NCBI GenBank assembly: GCA_038087875.1
Contig: JAXLNO010000680.1
Span: 124,001 to 188,000 of the forward strand
Origin: Malacoraja senta
Taxonomy: Eukaryota
Length of the DNA stretch: 64,000 bases
Reading direction: 5' to 3'
Part shown: piece after piece, positions 11,934 to 25,837 of the stretch
Position numbering within the stretch: position 1 is the stretch's first letter
How the letters are laid out: each line of letters opens with the position of its first letter
Notes under the pieces: model-generated
What the model was told of the DNA's origin: nothing
What the model saw: the letters and a program-made list of their open reading frames with translations, nothing else
The model's database searches: none
Program-made: the position numbers and the translations under genes

Positions 11934-12167
11934 GGCCTGTCCCACTTTCACGACCTAATTCACGACCTTTTTTACTTGGGGACATTTTTCATCAGGCTAG
12001 AAAAACGCCCCGACCTACTTGATGCCACGAGTACCTACGACTAGCATCACAACCTACCTACGACCTACCTACGACCTCCTACGACCTCGTGACGACCATG
12101 CTGCGAGTATGAGTCGAGGGCAAACTCGGCAGAGGTCGTGAATTAGGTGGTGAAAGTGGGACAGGCC
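11934..12167. mobile_element. PIF/Harbinger-like MITE
   Basis: ~35-bp TIRs GGCCTGTCCCACTTTCACGACCTAATTCACGACCT and AGGTCGTGAATTAGGTGGTGAAAGTGGGACAGGCC. Internal CTACGAC repeats; TAA-type flanks. Confidence 0.75.
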
Positions 12168-12809
12168 CCTTAACGGCAGGGTCAGCTACGTTTTTGGCTG
12201 TAGCCAATTCTGTTCTCCTTTGTACGATATCTGCCCCGTTATAAAATCCAGATACAAGGAACTGCATGTGCCGGTTTACCCAAAAAAAGTGCCGCAGTGA
12301 CTCAGCGGGTCAGGCAGCATCTCTGGAGAACATGGAAGAGTGTCATTTCGGGTCGGGGCCCTTCTTCAGACACCGTAGCCGTCTGTACGGACTTTGCACG
12401 TTCTCCCCGTGACCTGCGTGGGTTTTCTCCGGGTGCCCGGGTTTCCCTCCCACACTCCAAAGACGTGCAGGGTTGTGGCTTAATTGGTTTCGGTAAAGAT
12501 TGTAAACTGTCCCTAGTGTGTGTAGGACGGCGTTAGTGTGCGGGGATCGCTGGTCGGCGCGGCGCGGTGGCCCGAAGGGCTTGTTTCCGCGCTGTATCTC
12601 TGAACTAAACTAAACACATGTTCTTGATGGATGTGGCCCGACCCATTGACTTGCTCCTGCATTCTGTTTTTTTTAAATTATAAAGTCCATTATACTTTAA
12701 TAGTGCATTTAGAGGTATGTGTAGTTAACACCAAAATCTCTTACTGTTCCTCCACTGTTCCAAGCCTTAAGATATCTTGGTCAAATGGCTGAACCCAACT
12801 GTCTTTGAA

Positions 12810-13353
12810 ATGTGTAGGAAGGAACTACAGATGCTAGTTTAAACTGAAGATAGACACAAAATGCTGGAGCGACTCAGCGGGACAGGCAGCATCTCTGGAG
12901 AGAAGGAATGGGTGACGTTTCAGTTCGAGACCCTTCTTCAGGGGAGAGGGAGATACGTAGATAAGGAAGTGTCAGGTGTGGAAATGGGACAAAAGGGGGT
13001 GGAGATCAAGGGAGAATGCAGAATAGATCGTTGTTAGCTGGGAGAAGGTGACAACAAAGCAAACAGAGATACAATGTTCTCTGAGACAGTCAGACTGGTG
13101 GGAGAACTGGGAAGAGGGAGGGATGGAGAGAGAGAGGGAAAGCAAGGGTTACTTGAAATTAGAGAAGTCAATGTTCATACCCCTGGGGTGTAAGCTGCCC
13201 AAGTGAAATATGAGGTGCTGTTCCTCCAATTTGCGCTGGACCTCACTCTGACAGTGGAGGAGGCCCAGGACAGAAAGGTCAGTGTGGGAATGGGAGGGGG
13301 TATAAAGTGTTGGGCAACCGGGAGATCAGGTAGGTTCAGGCGGACTGAGTGGA
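12810..13353 (-). mobile_element. Penelope-like element 3' fragment
   Basis: SVRLNLPDLPVAQHF GIY-YIG C-terminal region, 3'UTR, and a decayed hammerhead at ~12913-12941. Confidence 0.8.
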
Positions 13354-13837
13354 GGTCCCACGTTAGCAACACTCACAAACTATGCCTTTCATCTTATTCT
13401 CCCAGCCATCTCACTTGCGATACCACCAGTGATTGAGTCACTGGTTAACCATGGATATATGGCTCATTATACCTAAGTCAACAATACAAATGCTAGTTGA
13501 GGATCAGGCCGTATGAGACAAAAACCAAGACCTTCCTTCCAATTCTAGCATATCCCTCCTCTCTATCTTTTAACAAACCTTGGTTTAGTGTGATTTATTG
13601 TCACGTGTACCGAGGTACAGTGAAAAGCTTTTGTTGCGTGCGGAAAGGCAAGATGTGATTACAAATCGAGCTATTCACAGTGTACAGATACATGGTAAGG
13701 GAATAACGTTTCGTGCAAGGTAAAGCCAGCCAAGTCTGATCAAAGATAGTCCGAGGGTCACCTAAATGTTCTCTGGTTGTTGGTACGCTATCTCTTACCT
13801 TAACTTTCATATTGCAAGTGCTTACAGTTTCACCGCG

Positions 13838-14148
13838 CACGGTGGCGCAGCGGTAGAGTTGCTGCCTCACAGCGCCGGAGACCCCGGGTTCCATCCCGAC
13901 TACGGGTGCTGTCTGTACGGAGTTTGCACCTTCTCCCCGTGACCTGCGTGGGTTTTCTCCGCGATCTTCGGTTTCCTCCCGAAACTCCAAAGACGTGCAG
14001 GTTTGCAGGTTAATTGTCTCGGTATAAGTGTAAATTGTCCCCAGTGTGTGTGGGATAGTGTTCGTGTGCGGGCGATCGCTGGTCGGCGCGGACTCGGTGG
14101 GCCGAAGGGCCTGTTTCCGCGCTGCATCTAAACTAAACTAAACCAAAA
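13838..14148 (+). mobile_element. V-SINE (HE1-like)
   Basis: CACGGTGGCGCAGCGGTAGAG through TAAACTAAAC tail. Confidence 0.85.
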
Positions 14149-14517
14149 CTTAAGCACACAGATTCTAGCCGTAACCCACACACTGCGGCAAATTACAGGG
14201 AGCAATTAACTTATGGAACTGCACGTCTTTGGGATGTTGGGGGTAACCACAGCACCCGGCGCAAACTTGCATTGGTCACAGGGGGTGTGGAGGAAGGAAC
14301 TGCAGACGCTGGTTTAAACCCGAAGATAGACCCAAAATGCTGGAGTAACTCAGCGGGACAGGCAGCATCTCTGAGAGAAGGAATGGGTGACGTTTCGGGT
14401 TGGGACCCTTCTTCAGACTAATGACTCGGGTCACAGGGAGAACGTGCAAAGACAACACAGTCAACGGCCGATGTCAAGATCAACCCTTGTATCTCTAAAC
14501 TAAGCTAAACTTAACCA

Positions 14518-16008
14518 AGAGACCACACCTGGAGTACTGTGTGTAGTTTTGGTCTCCTAATTTGAGGAAGGACATTCTTGCTATTGAGGGAGTGCAGCGT
14601 AGGTTCACCAGGTTAATTCCCAGGATGGCGGACTGACATGTGATGAAAGAATGGGTCGACTGGGCTTGTATTCACTGGAATTTAGAAGGATGAGAGGGGA
14701 TCTTATAGAAACATATAAAATTCTTAGTGGATTGGACAGGCTAGATGCAGGAAAAATGTTCCCGGTGTTGGGGGAGTCCAGAACCAGGGGGCCACACAGT
14801 TTAAGAATAAGGGGTGTGCCATTTAGGACTGAGATGAGGAAAAATGTTTTCTGTGGAATCTGTGGAATTCTTTGCCACAGAAGGCTGTGGAGGCCATTTA
14901 ATGGATATTTTTAAGGCAGAGACAGATAGATTCTTGATTAGTACGGGTATCAGGGGTTATGGGGAGAAGGCAGGAGAATGGGGTTAGGAGGGAGAGATAG
15001 ATCAGCCATGATTGAATGGCAGAGTAGACTAGATGTGCTGAATGGCCTAATTCTGCTCCTATCTCTTATGACTGTGGAATTCTCTGCCACAGAAGGCAGT
15101 GGAAGCCAATTCACTGGATGTTTTGAAGAGAGAGTTAGATTTCGGTCTTCGGGCTAACGGAATCAAGGGATATGGGGAGAAAGCAGGAACGGGGAACTGA
15201 TTCTGGATGGTCAGCCATGATCATATTGAATGACGGTGTTGGCTCGAAGGGCCGAATGGCCTACTTCTGCACCTACTTTTTCTACGTTTCTATGTTTTCT
15301 AAAGTGTATCTTTATGAATGCCACCTAAGATGCGTCACTATAAAGTGGCCTTCTTGTGCAGTTGGCCCGTGGATCGGCAGATAAAATGAACACCACTAAA
15401 CTTGAAGCAGTCCTTGGAGGAAAGATGCATCTCTACATCTGAACAGAACTGGATTAGCGTAGTTAGACTTTGGTCTCCTAATTTGCGGAAGGACATCCTT
15501 GTGATTGAGGCAGTGCAGCGTAGGTTCACGAGATTGATCCATGGGATGGCGGGACTGTCATATGAGGAAAGATTGAATAGACTAGGCTTGTATTCACTGG
15601 AGTTTAGAAGGATGAGGGGGAATCTTATAGAAACATATAAAATATAAAAAGACTGGGCAAGCTAGATGCAGGAAAAATGTTCCCAATGTTGGGCGAGTCC
15701 AGAACCAGGGGCCACAGTCTTAGAATAAAAGGGAGGCCATTTAAGACTGAGGAGAAAAAACGTTTTCACCCAGAGAGTTGTGAATTTGTGGAATTCCCTG
15801 CCACAGAGGGCAGTGGAGGCCAAATCACTGGATGGATTTAAGAGAGAGTTAGATAGAGCTCTAGGGGCTAGTGGAATCAAGGGATATGGGGAGAAGGCAG
15901 GCACGGGTTATTGATTGGGGACGATCAGCCATGATCACAATGAATGGTGGTGCTGGCTCGAAGGGCCGAATGGCCTCCTCCTGCACCTATTTTCTATGTT
16001 TCTATGTT
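14518..16008 (+). mobile_element. Cluster of tandem and nested 5'-truncated CR1 LINEs
   Basis: [21 protein letters not shown] motif occurs twice, and there are three CR1 3'UTRs ending in TTTCTATG or CTTATGA repeats. Confidence 0.85.
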
Positions 16009-16831
16009 TTTAACAGGATCTGACAGCAGTTGTTGACTCATCACTGTTAATGTTTAAACAAGGCAGCAAGATGCTTAACAAAACAACAGAATATAAACTC
16101 TTCTGGTCTCCTTCATAGAATACAGCAGCACTAACCAAAGTGTAAATGAACCTACAGTTACAACACTGGTAATGAAAGGTCATGGCTAACAGGAAAGACT
16201 ATATACGATGAGGCTAGACACAAAATGCTGGAGTAACTCAGCGGGGACAGGCAGCATCCCTGGAGAGAAGGAATGGGCGACGTTTCGGGTCGAGACCCTT
16301 CTTCAGACAGAGTCAGGGGAGAGGGAGACCCAAAGATATGGAAGGGTAAGGTGTGAAAACGAGAGATCAAAGGGGACGAAGCTCAAGGACAATGTAGAAA
16401 GGATCGTTGTTAGCTGAGGGGAAGGTGACCACGTCGCCCGTTCCTTCTCTCCAGAGATGCTGCCCGTCCCGCTGAGTTACTCCAGCATTTTGTGTCTGTC
16501 TTCAGTGTAAACCAGCACCTGCAGTTCCTTCCTACACACAGTACAAGCTGAGCCTCCGTACTCTAAATAAATGGATGCTGAGGAATGATCTAGAACATGG
16601 TCTCATAACATATGTTTGTCACGTTGCATGGGGAAAGATATTTTGGTGAGGAGAAGGTGGATCTTTAGTTTGGGGTGGGCTGAAGGTGTTATGGAAACCA
16701 AAACTTGGGGGGTTGAATGTCAACACAAGATAGCCAGGGATATTCAAGAGAAAATTATTTACATGGAACCTGGAAGGATCTGCAAATCACTACCTCATTG
16801 AGCCAAAGAACGTGGATGCTTGAACGGGTGA

Positions 16832-17031
16832 NNNNNNNNNNNNNNNNNNNNNNNNNNNNNNNNNNNNNNNNNNNNNNNNNNNNNNNNNNNNNNNNNNNNN
16901 NNNNNNNNNNNNNNNNNNNNNNNNNNNNNNNNNNNNNNNNNNNNNNNNNNNNNNNNNNNNNNNNNNNNNNNNNNNNNNNNNNNNNNNNNNNNNNNNNNNN
17001 NNNNNNNNNNNNNNNNNNNNNNNNNNNNNNN
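16832..17031. other. Assembly gap (200 N)
   Basis: Run of 200 N. Confidence 0.99.
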
Positions 17032-17740
17032 GATGTCAGGGGAGGGGGTGGTACAGAGATAGAATGTAGTCAGAGGCAGTAGGGCCTGTGGGAGAACTAA
17101 TGTGCGTCGGATAGTGTTAATGTGCGGGGATCGCTGGTCGGTGCGGAGTAGGTGGGCCGAAGGGCCTGTTTCTGCGCTGTATCTCCAAACTAAACTAAAG
17201 TTGGTGTGTTCGGCCTCAGGTAATGGAGAGAGGGATTGGGGCCTAAGACAGACACAAAAAGCTGGAGTAACTCAGCGGGTCAGGCAGCATCTCTGGAGAA
17301 AAGAAATAGGTGACGTTTTGGGTCGAGACCCCTCTTCAGACTGAGAGTCAGGGGGGAGGGCACCCGAGAGATATAGACGGTACTTGGGACAAATAAACAA
17401 AAAATAATTCAAAAAGCAGCGATGATCAAGGAAATGTGGAGCCCACAATGGTCCATTGTTGGCCTGTGGGATAGGTGATGTCAGGGGAGGGGGCGGTACT
17501 CAACAGGACGACAATGAAACTAGTACAACGACTAGGGTTGGTAAGGTGATGGAGAGAGAGGGAAGCAAGGGTTATTTGAAGTTAGAGAAGTCAATGTTCA
17601 TACCGCTAGGGTGTAAGCTTAATATGAGGTGCTGATACCCGAGCAAAATATGAGGTGGTGTAAATCAATTTCTTTAATTAATTTGGTAAATGTTCAAAGA
17701 TTAATAGGGAACTACGGTTATGATGGCACAGCGGTAGAGT

Positions 17741-18372
17741 AAGGCTCTGTCTTACCTGTTTGCGGTCATCGGCGGTGAAGCGCGGCGTCGCCGGTAGCGG
17801 GGACCGCACGGCAACGGCGAGAGCGCCAAGCCTATCCACCGGAGCGCCGCACGGATGCTGCGCGGAGGCCGAGTAATTCAAACACGGCGGGTCCCACGTG
17901 CTTGCGGTAAGTAAAAAAAAGGGCGGGCCGACTGCGATGACGTCGGCCCGCCGCACGTGACTCACTAGAGGCGGCTGTGGCGGCGGCCGTCCTGATCGCG
18001 GCGCTGTAGCGGTGGCTGTGCCTGTGGCCGTGCCGCACACGTGCCTCACTGGCGGAGGCACGTGCCTCACTGGCGGAGGCTGTGGCAGTGGAGGTTTGAC
18101 GCACGGCGCTCGAGCCACACTGGCGGCGGCCGTCCTGATCGCGGCGCTGTAGCGGTGGCTGTGCCTGCGGCCGTGCCGCACTCGTGCATCACTGGTGGAG
18201 GCTGTGCGGTAAGATTATTGTTTTCAACATTGTCGGTTTTATTTTAGCACCGTGCGGTGTTGGGAACACCGCCGCACGGCCCCGGAATTGTACGTTCCCC
18301 ACGAGTGCGCGGTCTATGGCGGCAGATTCTTCCCGTTTCGCCGCCAATGACCGCAGACTCGTGAGACAGGCC
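17741..18372. mobile_element. GC/CpG-rich MITE (PIF/Harbinger-like termini) inserted in a V-SINE
   Basis: Imperfect TIRs AAGGCTCTGTCTTACCTGTTTGCGGTCATCGGCGG and CCGCCAATGACCGCAGACTCGTGAGACAGGCCTT. The SINE head (GGCACAGCGGTAGAGT) lies to the left and the SINE continues on the right. Confidence 0.7.
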
Positions 18373-19225
18373 TTTTACAGTGCTCCCACCACCAGAGACC
18401 CAGGTTCGACCCCAACTACTGGTGCTGTCTGTGCGGAATTTGTACATTCTCCCCGTGACCTGCGTGGGTTTTCTCCGAGATCTTTGGTTTCCTCCCACAA
18501 TCCAAAGACGTGCAGGTCTGTAGGTTACAGTGGAAACATCCTCTCCACATCCACTCTATCCAGGCCTTTCACTATTATGTACGTTTCAATGAGGGGACCC
18601 CTCATCCTTCTGAACTCCAGCGAGTACAGGCCCAGTGCCGTCAAACGCGGTCACGGTGGCGCAGCGGTAGAGTTGCTGCCTTACAGCGAATGCAGCGCCG
18701 GAGACCGAGGTTCGATCCAGACTACGGGTGCTGTCTGTACGGAGTTTGCACGTTCTCCCCGTGACCTGCGTGGGTTTTCTCCGAGATCTTCGGTTTCCTC
18801 CCAAACTCCAAAGACGTACAGGTGTGTAGGTTAATTGGCTTGGTGTAAATGTAAAAATTGTCCCTAATGTGTGTAGGATAGTGTTAGTGTGCGGGGATCG
18901 CTGGTCGGCACGGACCCATGTGGGCTGAAGGGCCTGTTTCTGCGCTGTATCTCTAAACTAAACGCTCATCGTAGGTTAAACCACTCATTCCTGGGATCAT
19001 TCTTGTAAAACCTCCTCTGGACCCTCTCCAGAGCCGGCACATCCTTCATAATGGAGGATGGTTCATTAGTCAAGATGTACCAAAGAAATCATGTTCAAAT
19101 CTGGATGTTGGATGAAAATTTGTAGCTGCACTCGGGAGCTCTCATAGGATGGGAGATGTTGAATCTTCATGAGTAATATCGATTCAAGCTGTTTGCATGT
19201 TATCTTTTAGGCTGCGAGAGGCTTG

Positions 19226-19830
19226 TCATAGAGTCACAGAGTGATACAGTGTGGAAACAGGCCCTTCGGCCCAACTTGCCCACCCCGGCCAACATGTCCC
19301 ATTTACTCTAGTCCCACCTGCCTGCGCTTGGTCCATATCCCTCCAAACCTGTCCTATCCATGTACCTGTCTGACTGTTTCTTAAACGTTGGGATAGTCCC
19401 AGCCTCAACTACCTCCTCTGGCAGCTCGTTCCATACACCCACCACCCTTTGTGTGAAAAGGTTGCCCCTCAGATTCCTATTAAATCTTTTCCCCTTCACC
19501 TTGAACCTGTGTCCTCTGGTCCTCGATTCCCCTACTCTGGGCAAGAGACTCTGTGCGTCTACCCGATCTATTCCTCTTATGATTCTGTACACCTCTATAA
19601 AATCACCCCTCATCCTCCTACGCTCCAGGGAATAGAGACCCAGCCTCCTCAACCTCTCCCTATAGCTCACACCCTCTAGTCCTGGCAACATCCTCGTAAA
19701 TCTTCTCTGTACCGTTTCAAGCTTGACAATATCTGGCCGATAACACGGTGCCCAGAACTGGACACAATACTCTAAATGCGGTCTCACCAACGTCTTATAC
19801 AACTGCAACGTGACCTCCCAACTTCTATAC
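19226..19830 (-). mobile_element. CR1 LINE 3' fragment
   Basis: ORF 19308-19868 contains LYKTLVRPHLEYCVQFWAP...RRRMRGD. Confidence 0.9.
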
Positions 19831-20072
19831 TCGGGTTTTCTTGTGCTTCCTCGAAAGTGTTTGCGCACGTGGGAGTGAATGGACAGGGAGAGCAGTGATG
19901 CTGTGCCGCATCGGAATCACAAAGGCATTGTAAGGGGAGCTCGCTGATGGGACGGGGTGAGGGAGCAAGTCAAGGACATGGTGATGCTCCTATCATTATG
20001 AGTGAGATGGCAGAGGGAGGAAATAATGAACTAACGATCCATTTCAAATCCTTCATTCATTTCAAATTGAAT

Positions 20073-20637
20073 ATATGTGCGTGCATGTGTGAGCGTGTAT
20101 GTGTGCGTGTATGTGCGTGTGCATACCTGTGTGTGTGTGTGCACAGTGTGTGCGTGCATGTTTGTGTGCACATCTGTGTGTGTGTACGTATGTGTGTATG
20201 TATGTGTGTGTGTGCGCATGTGCCTATGCGAGTGTGTGCGTGCGTGCATGTGTGTGTGTGTATGTGCGTGTGTGTGTATGTATGTGCTTGTGCGTGCATG
20301 TGTGTGTGTGTGTGTGTGCGTTTGCATGTCTGTGCATGCGTGTGTGTATGTATGTATGTGCTTGTGCGTGCATGTGTGTGTATGTGTGCGTGTGCGTGTC
20401 TGCGTGCGTGTGTGTATGTATGTATGTGCTTGTGCGTGCATGTGTGTGTATGTGTGCGTGTGCGTGTCTGCGTGCGTGTACATTTGTGTACGTGTGTACG
20501 TCTGTGCGTGCGTGTACGTTTGTGTACGTGTGTGCGTGTGTGCGTGCGTGTACGTTTATGTACGGGTGTGCGTGTCTGTGCGTGCGTGTGAGTATGTGTA
20601 CGGGTGTGCGTGTGTGCGTGCGTGTACTTTTGTGGGC
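20073..20637. repeat. Degenerate (TG)n/TGCG/TGTA microsatellite
   Basis: Seen directly in the sequence. Confidence 0.95.
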
Positions 20638-20949
20638 GTGAGGATACATTACATTACATTATGACTTTCTTGTCATTGTAGTGGTGCACACAACGAGATT
20701 CAGGCGCACTGCCTTTGCGGAGCTCAAATGTAGAAGATAAAATATAATAAAATAACAGCAGAGAAGTGAGAAAAATAAAAATAGTTGATACTGTGACACA
20801 TACACACAGATTCACACACGCATACACAATATGCCTACGTATGCACCCTTACCAGAATATAAGATATTGCACTGACGGTCATTGTCAGAATAAGAGATAT
20901 TTCACAGAATTATAGCATTATAAAAATAAATATTATAAATGAACATGCC

Positions 20950-21092
20950 CATGTGCGTGCGGTGCGTGTGTGCATGCATGTGTGCTCATGTGTATGCATG
21001 TTTGTGTGCGCATGGCTGTGTGTGTTTGTGGGCGCGCGCGTGTATGTGAGTGTACATCCCTGTGTGTGTGTGTGTGTGCATGTGTGCGTTCA

Positions 21093-21174
<82 letters not shown>

Positions 21175-21330
21175 TGCGTGTGGGTGTGGGTGTGTGCTTG
21201 CGTGTGTGTGTGCATGCATGTGGGTGTGGGTGCATGCATGCATGTGTGTGTGCTCGTGTGTGTGTGTGTGCATGCATGTGTGTGTGTGTGTGTGTATGTG
21301 TGTGGTGTGTGTATGTGTGTGTGTGTGTGT

Positions 21331-21425
<95 letters not shown>

Positions 21426-21759
21426 TGTTTGTGGTGTGTGTATGTGTGGGGTGTGTATGTGCCTGTGTGTCCATGTGTGCATGCGTGTGTGTGTTTGTGT
21501 GCTTGTGTGTGTGCGTCAGTGCATGCATGTGTGTTTGTGTGTGTGTGTGTGCATGTGTGTTTGTGTGTGCATGCATGCGTTTGTGTGAGCTTGCGTGTGT
21601 GCGCGCATGCATGCGTGTGTGTGTGTATACATGTGTTTATGCATGAATGCGTGTGTGCATGCATGTGGGTGTGTGTGTGTGCTTGCGTGTGTGTGTGCAT
21701 GCATGTGGGTGTGGGTGCATGCATGCATGTGTGTGTGCTCGTGTGTGTGTGTGTGCATG

Positions 21760-21854
<95 letters not shown>

Positions 21855-21870
21855 GCATGCGTGTGTGTGA
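20950..21870. repeat. Long degenerate (TG)n microsatellite with internal higher-order duplication
   Basis: A block starting GTGTGCTTGCGTGTG...GCATGCATGTGGGTGTGGGTGCATGC recurs at ~21190 and ~21675. Confidence 0.95.
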
Positions 21871-22817
21871 GCTTGTATATGTAAATAGAAAACAGGATTG
21901 ATTCCGATGGATTTTCGTTCTTGTGATGTCCTGACATAAAGGACCAGAGGGATGTGTCTCAGACTATTCCACCCGTGTCAGTTACATGCTGGTTATTCTG
22001 ACCCCTGACACAATTTGCCTGCCTTGGACCCGTACACCAAGAACATTGTAGGTTCATCGTCAACAAGTCTTGCATTGGGCATTGGTTGCAATGGACAAAT
22101 GCTGTGCTGCGTAAAATCTGACGCCATTGTTTGAAGGGAATGTTGGAGTTGTGTATTTTTTCCTTGACATTTGCCCATTTGCACCTCACTCCTTCCTGAG
22201 TCTTGGCCTAAGAGCTGACGCTGGTTTGGATCAGTATGAAGAAGGGTCTCGACCTGAAACGTCACCCATTCCTTCTTTCCAGAGATGCTGCCTGTCCTGC
22301 TGAGTTACTCCAGCTTTTCGTGTCTATCACTGGTTTCAATAAACAGGCAAACTGGAGTTTTCCCATATAGCCACGGAGGCGCAGCGGTAGAGTTGCTGCC
22401 TCACAGCACCAGAGACCCGGCTTCGATCCCGACTACGGGTGCAGTCTGTACGCAGTTTGTACGTTCTCCCCGTGACCTGCGTGGGTTTTCTCCGGGCGCT
22501 CCGGTTTACTCCCACACTCCAAAGACGTACAGGTTTGTCGGTTAAATGGCTTCGGTAAAATTGTACATTGTCCCTGGTGTGTGTAGGATAGTGTTAGTGT
22601 GCGGGGATCGCGGGTCGGCACGGACTCGGTGGGCCGAAGGGCCTGTTGTCGCGCTGTATCTGTAAACTGAGCAAAACCAAACTAAACCCATTGAGCTCAG
22701 TCCAAGAAATGTCACCGCAATAGATGGGGACAGTAGTTCAAGAGGAACTTATTTACTTGGCAAGTTGCAAGAATCTAGAAATTACCACCTCATTGAGGCA
22801 AAGAACATGGATACTTG

Positions 22818-23746
22818 TGCAGGAAGGAACTGCAGATGCTGGTTTAAACCGAAGGTAGACACAAAATGCTGGAGTAACTCAGCGGGACAGGCAGCTTCTC
22901 CGGAGAGAAGGAATGGGTGATGGGACCCTTCTTCAGATTAGAGTCAGGGGAAAGGGAAACGAGCGATATAATAATAATATTATAATAATAATTTAAAACT
23001 TTATTTCGGACTCAAGGTCCAGACAAGGGACAACATTACGTAAAAATGCATTGCATATAAAAACATCATAAAATACATATAAAACCTTAGTATATCATAA
23101 ATATATAGACTGTGATGTAGAGAGAAAAAGAACATATGAATGAAAGATATGCAAAAAAGTGACGATGACAAAGAAAACAGGCCATTGTTAGCTGTTTGCT
23201 GGGTGAGAACGAGAAGCTGGTGCATCGATGGGTGGGGGAGGGGATAGAGAGAGAGGGAAAGCAAGGGCTACTTGAAGTTAGAGAAGTCAATGTTCATACC
23301 CGCTGGGGTGTAAGCTGCCCAAGTGAAATATGTGATGCTGTTCCTCCAAATAGCGCTGGGCCTCACTCTGACAGTGGAGGAGGCCCAGGACAGAAAGGTC
23401 AGTGTGGGAATGGGAGGGGGAGTTAAAGTTTTTGGCAACCGGGAGATCAGGTAGGTTTAGACGGACTGAGCGGAGGTGTTCAGCCAAACGATCGCCGAGC
23501 CTGTGCGTGGTCTCGCCGATGTAGAGAAGTTGACACCTGGAACAGCGGATACAGTAGATGAGGTTGGAGGAGGTGCAGGGGTTACTGCATTCCCTCTCCC
23601 CTGACTCTCAGTCTGAAGAAGGGTCTCGACCAAAAACGTCACCCATTCCTTCTCTCCAGAGACGCTGCCCGTCCCGCTGAGTTACTCCAGCATTTTGTGT
23701 CTATCTTCGGTCTTAACCAGCATCTGCACCAGTTTCTTCCTACACA
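22818..23746 (-). mobile_element. Penelope-like element fragment with inverted duplicate of its 3' end
   Basis: The - strand carries GIY-YIG (NLIYCIRCSRCQLLYIGET...AEHLRSVRLNLPDLPVAK) at ~23270-23580. A + strand hammerhead-bearing end follows at ~23585-23746. Confidence 0.8.
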
Positions 23747-25837
23747 TCTCGGATGCTCTAAAGGAACTTGTGCTTGAGCGGTGATGAAAAGCTCGTGCCG
23801 ATCGTTTGCATGGAGCGAACTGGGAAGAGGTTCGTGAAGTACAAGGATTTATTCAAGGAGAGACCATGAGAGTTTCGCCACAATAGATAGTGGGATTGTT
23901 CGGTTCTCTATATGATATGATACGATAGAACTTTATTGATCCCAGGAGGGAAATTGATCGGCCAACAGTCATAAAAACACAAGATACATGAAACATGAAA
24001 TTTAAATGATGAGCGGAAAGTCCAGGATTTGGGATGTGAAAGATTGGGGAGGGGGGAGGGGGGGGAGCCAGTCTGCCCCATGGCAGAAGGGGAAGAGTTG
24101 TACAGTTTGATAGCCACAGGGAAGAAGGATCTCCTGTGGCGTTCTGTGCTGCATCTTGGTGGAACCAGTCTGTTGCTGAAGGTGCTCCTCAGGTTGACCA
24201 GTGTGTCATGGTCAACCTGACCTCTGACCTATGACCTGACCTCTGCTCTTATGCGCTCTGGACGTGAATTTTAATTTTCTCACCGTAAATTTATAAATCA
24301 ATTTCTGGCCCTTTCGCCTCTGCTCTGATGTGTTCTTGTACCTATCTGCCGACTTTCCCGTTTACGGATGTTCTCTCTCCACCCATCCATCCCTGGCAGT
24401 CTCCCTCTTTGTGCGCCACCCTGTCTGGAATGCTTCATTGTCACAGTGGAACTCTTTGCTTGCATCCCCCAAGGTATGCCAATAGCCGGCAGCTAAAGGG
24501 CACTGACAACGTTACAATGAATCTATCCATTCCCATCCACTTAAGTAAGCTATTTATCTGTGCCCATCTCTCTATCTATCCTGTGAGGTCATGTATCTAC
24601 ATACCCTTCCATTTCACGCTGTCTCATAGGTCCAGGAGTAGGCCAATCGGCCCTACGAGCCAGCACCGCCATTCAATATGATCACGGCTGATCATCCAGA
24701 ATCAGTACCTCATTCCTGCTTTCTCCCCATATCCCTGGATTCCGGTAGCCCTAAGAGCTAAATCTAATTCCCTTTTGAAAACATCCAGTGAATTGGCCTC
24801 CACTGCCTTCTGTGGCAGAGAATTCCACAGATTCACAACTCTCTGGGTGAAAAAGGTTTTTCCTCAACTCAGTCCTAAATGGCCGACCCCTTATTCTTAT
24901 ACTGTGTGACTCCTGGTTCTGGACTCCCCCAACATGGGGAACTTTTTCCTGCATTTAGCCTGTCCAATCCCTTAAGAATTGAATATGTTTCTATAAGATC
25001 CTCTCTCATCCTTCGAAATTCCAGTGAATACAAGCCCAGTCGACCCATTCTTTCATCATATGGCAGTCCGGCCATCCGGGAATTAACCTGGTCTCCTTGG
25101 CAATGTTCCTAACTTTTCCCCTTAATTCATCACTGTGTCCACCTCTCTACTGAAAGCAACACGGACCCTTCTATTTATTGCTGTCTACGCCCACGTCTGT
25201 CTCAGCTGTTTGACAGTACGGAATATAGAATTATTTATCCATCTGCTCACGACTATAAATAGAGGGTTTAATGTAGACACATTGCATCAGAAGTGTGTAG
25301 GAAGGAACTGCAGATGCTGGTTTAAACTTAAATTGAGACACTGAAGGGTCCGGACCAGAAACGTCACCCGTTTCTTCTCTCCAGAGATGCTGCCTGTCCC
25401 GCTGAGTTACTCCAGCATTTTGTGCCTATCTTGCACCAGAAGTTGTCTGATCAGTGTATGAATTCTTCCCGCAGCGCGTAAACAGGCCCTTCTCCCCACC
25501 GAGACCGAGCCGACCAGTGATCCCCGCACACTAACACTATCCTACACACACTGGGGACAATTTACAATTTTACAGAAGCCAATTAACCTGCAAACCTGCA
25601 CGTCTTTGGAGTGCGGGAGGAAACTGAAGATCTCGTAGAAAACCCACGCAGGTCACGGGAAGAACGTACAAACTCCGTACGGACTGCACCCATAGTCGGG
25701 ATCGAACCCGGGTCTCAGGCGCTGCAAGTGCTGTATGGCAGCAACTTTACCGCTGCGCTTACATGCCTTCCTACTTGTATTTGCTTTTCCGCTAGAAAGA
25801 AACAGATACGTAATTTAATAACATATAATTTTTAAAC

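Noticed and set aside
16717..17082. ORF spanning the N run
   Set aside because: Artefact of the assembly gap.
17678..18834. GC-rich ORFs suggesting a CpG-island first exon
   Set aside because: They lie inside a TIR-bounded MITE and SINE/CR1 pieces; the ORFs reflect GC content and internal repeats.
19947..21937. Long ORFs rich in CV/HT dipeptides (also 29637-30087, 40847-41948 and 45990-46818)
   Set aside because: They are translations of CA/TG microsatellites, open in several frames on both strands, and are not genes.
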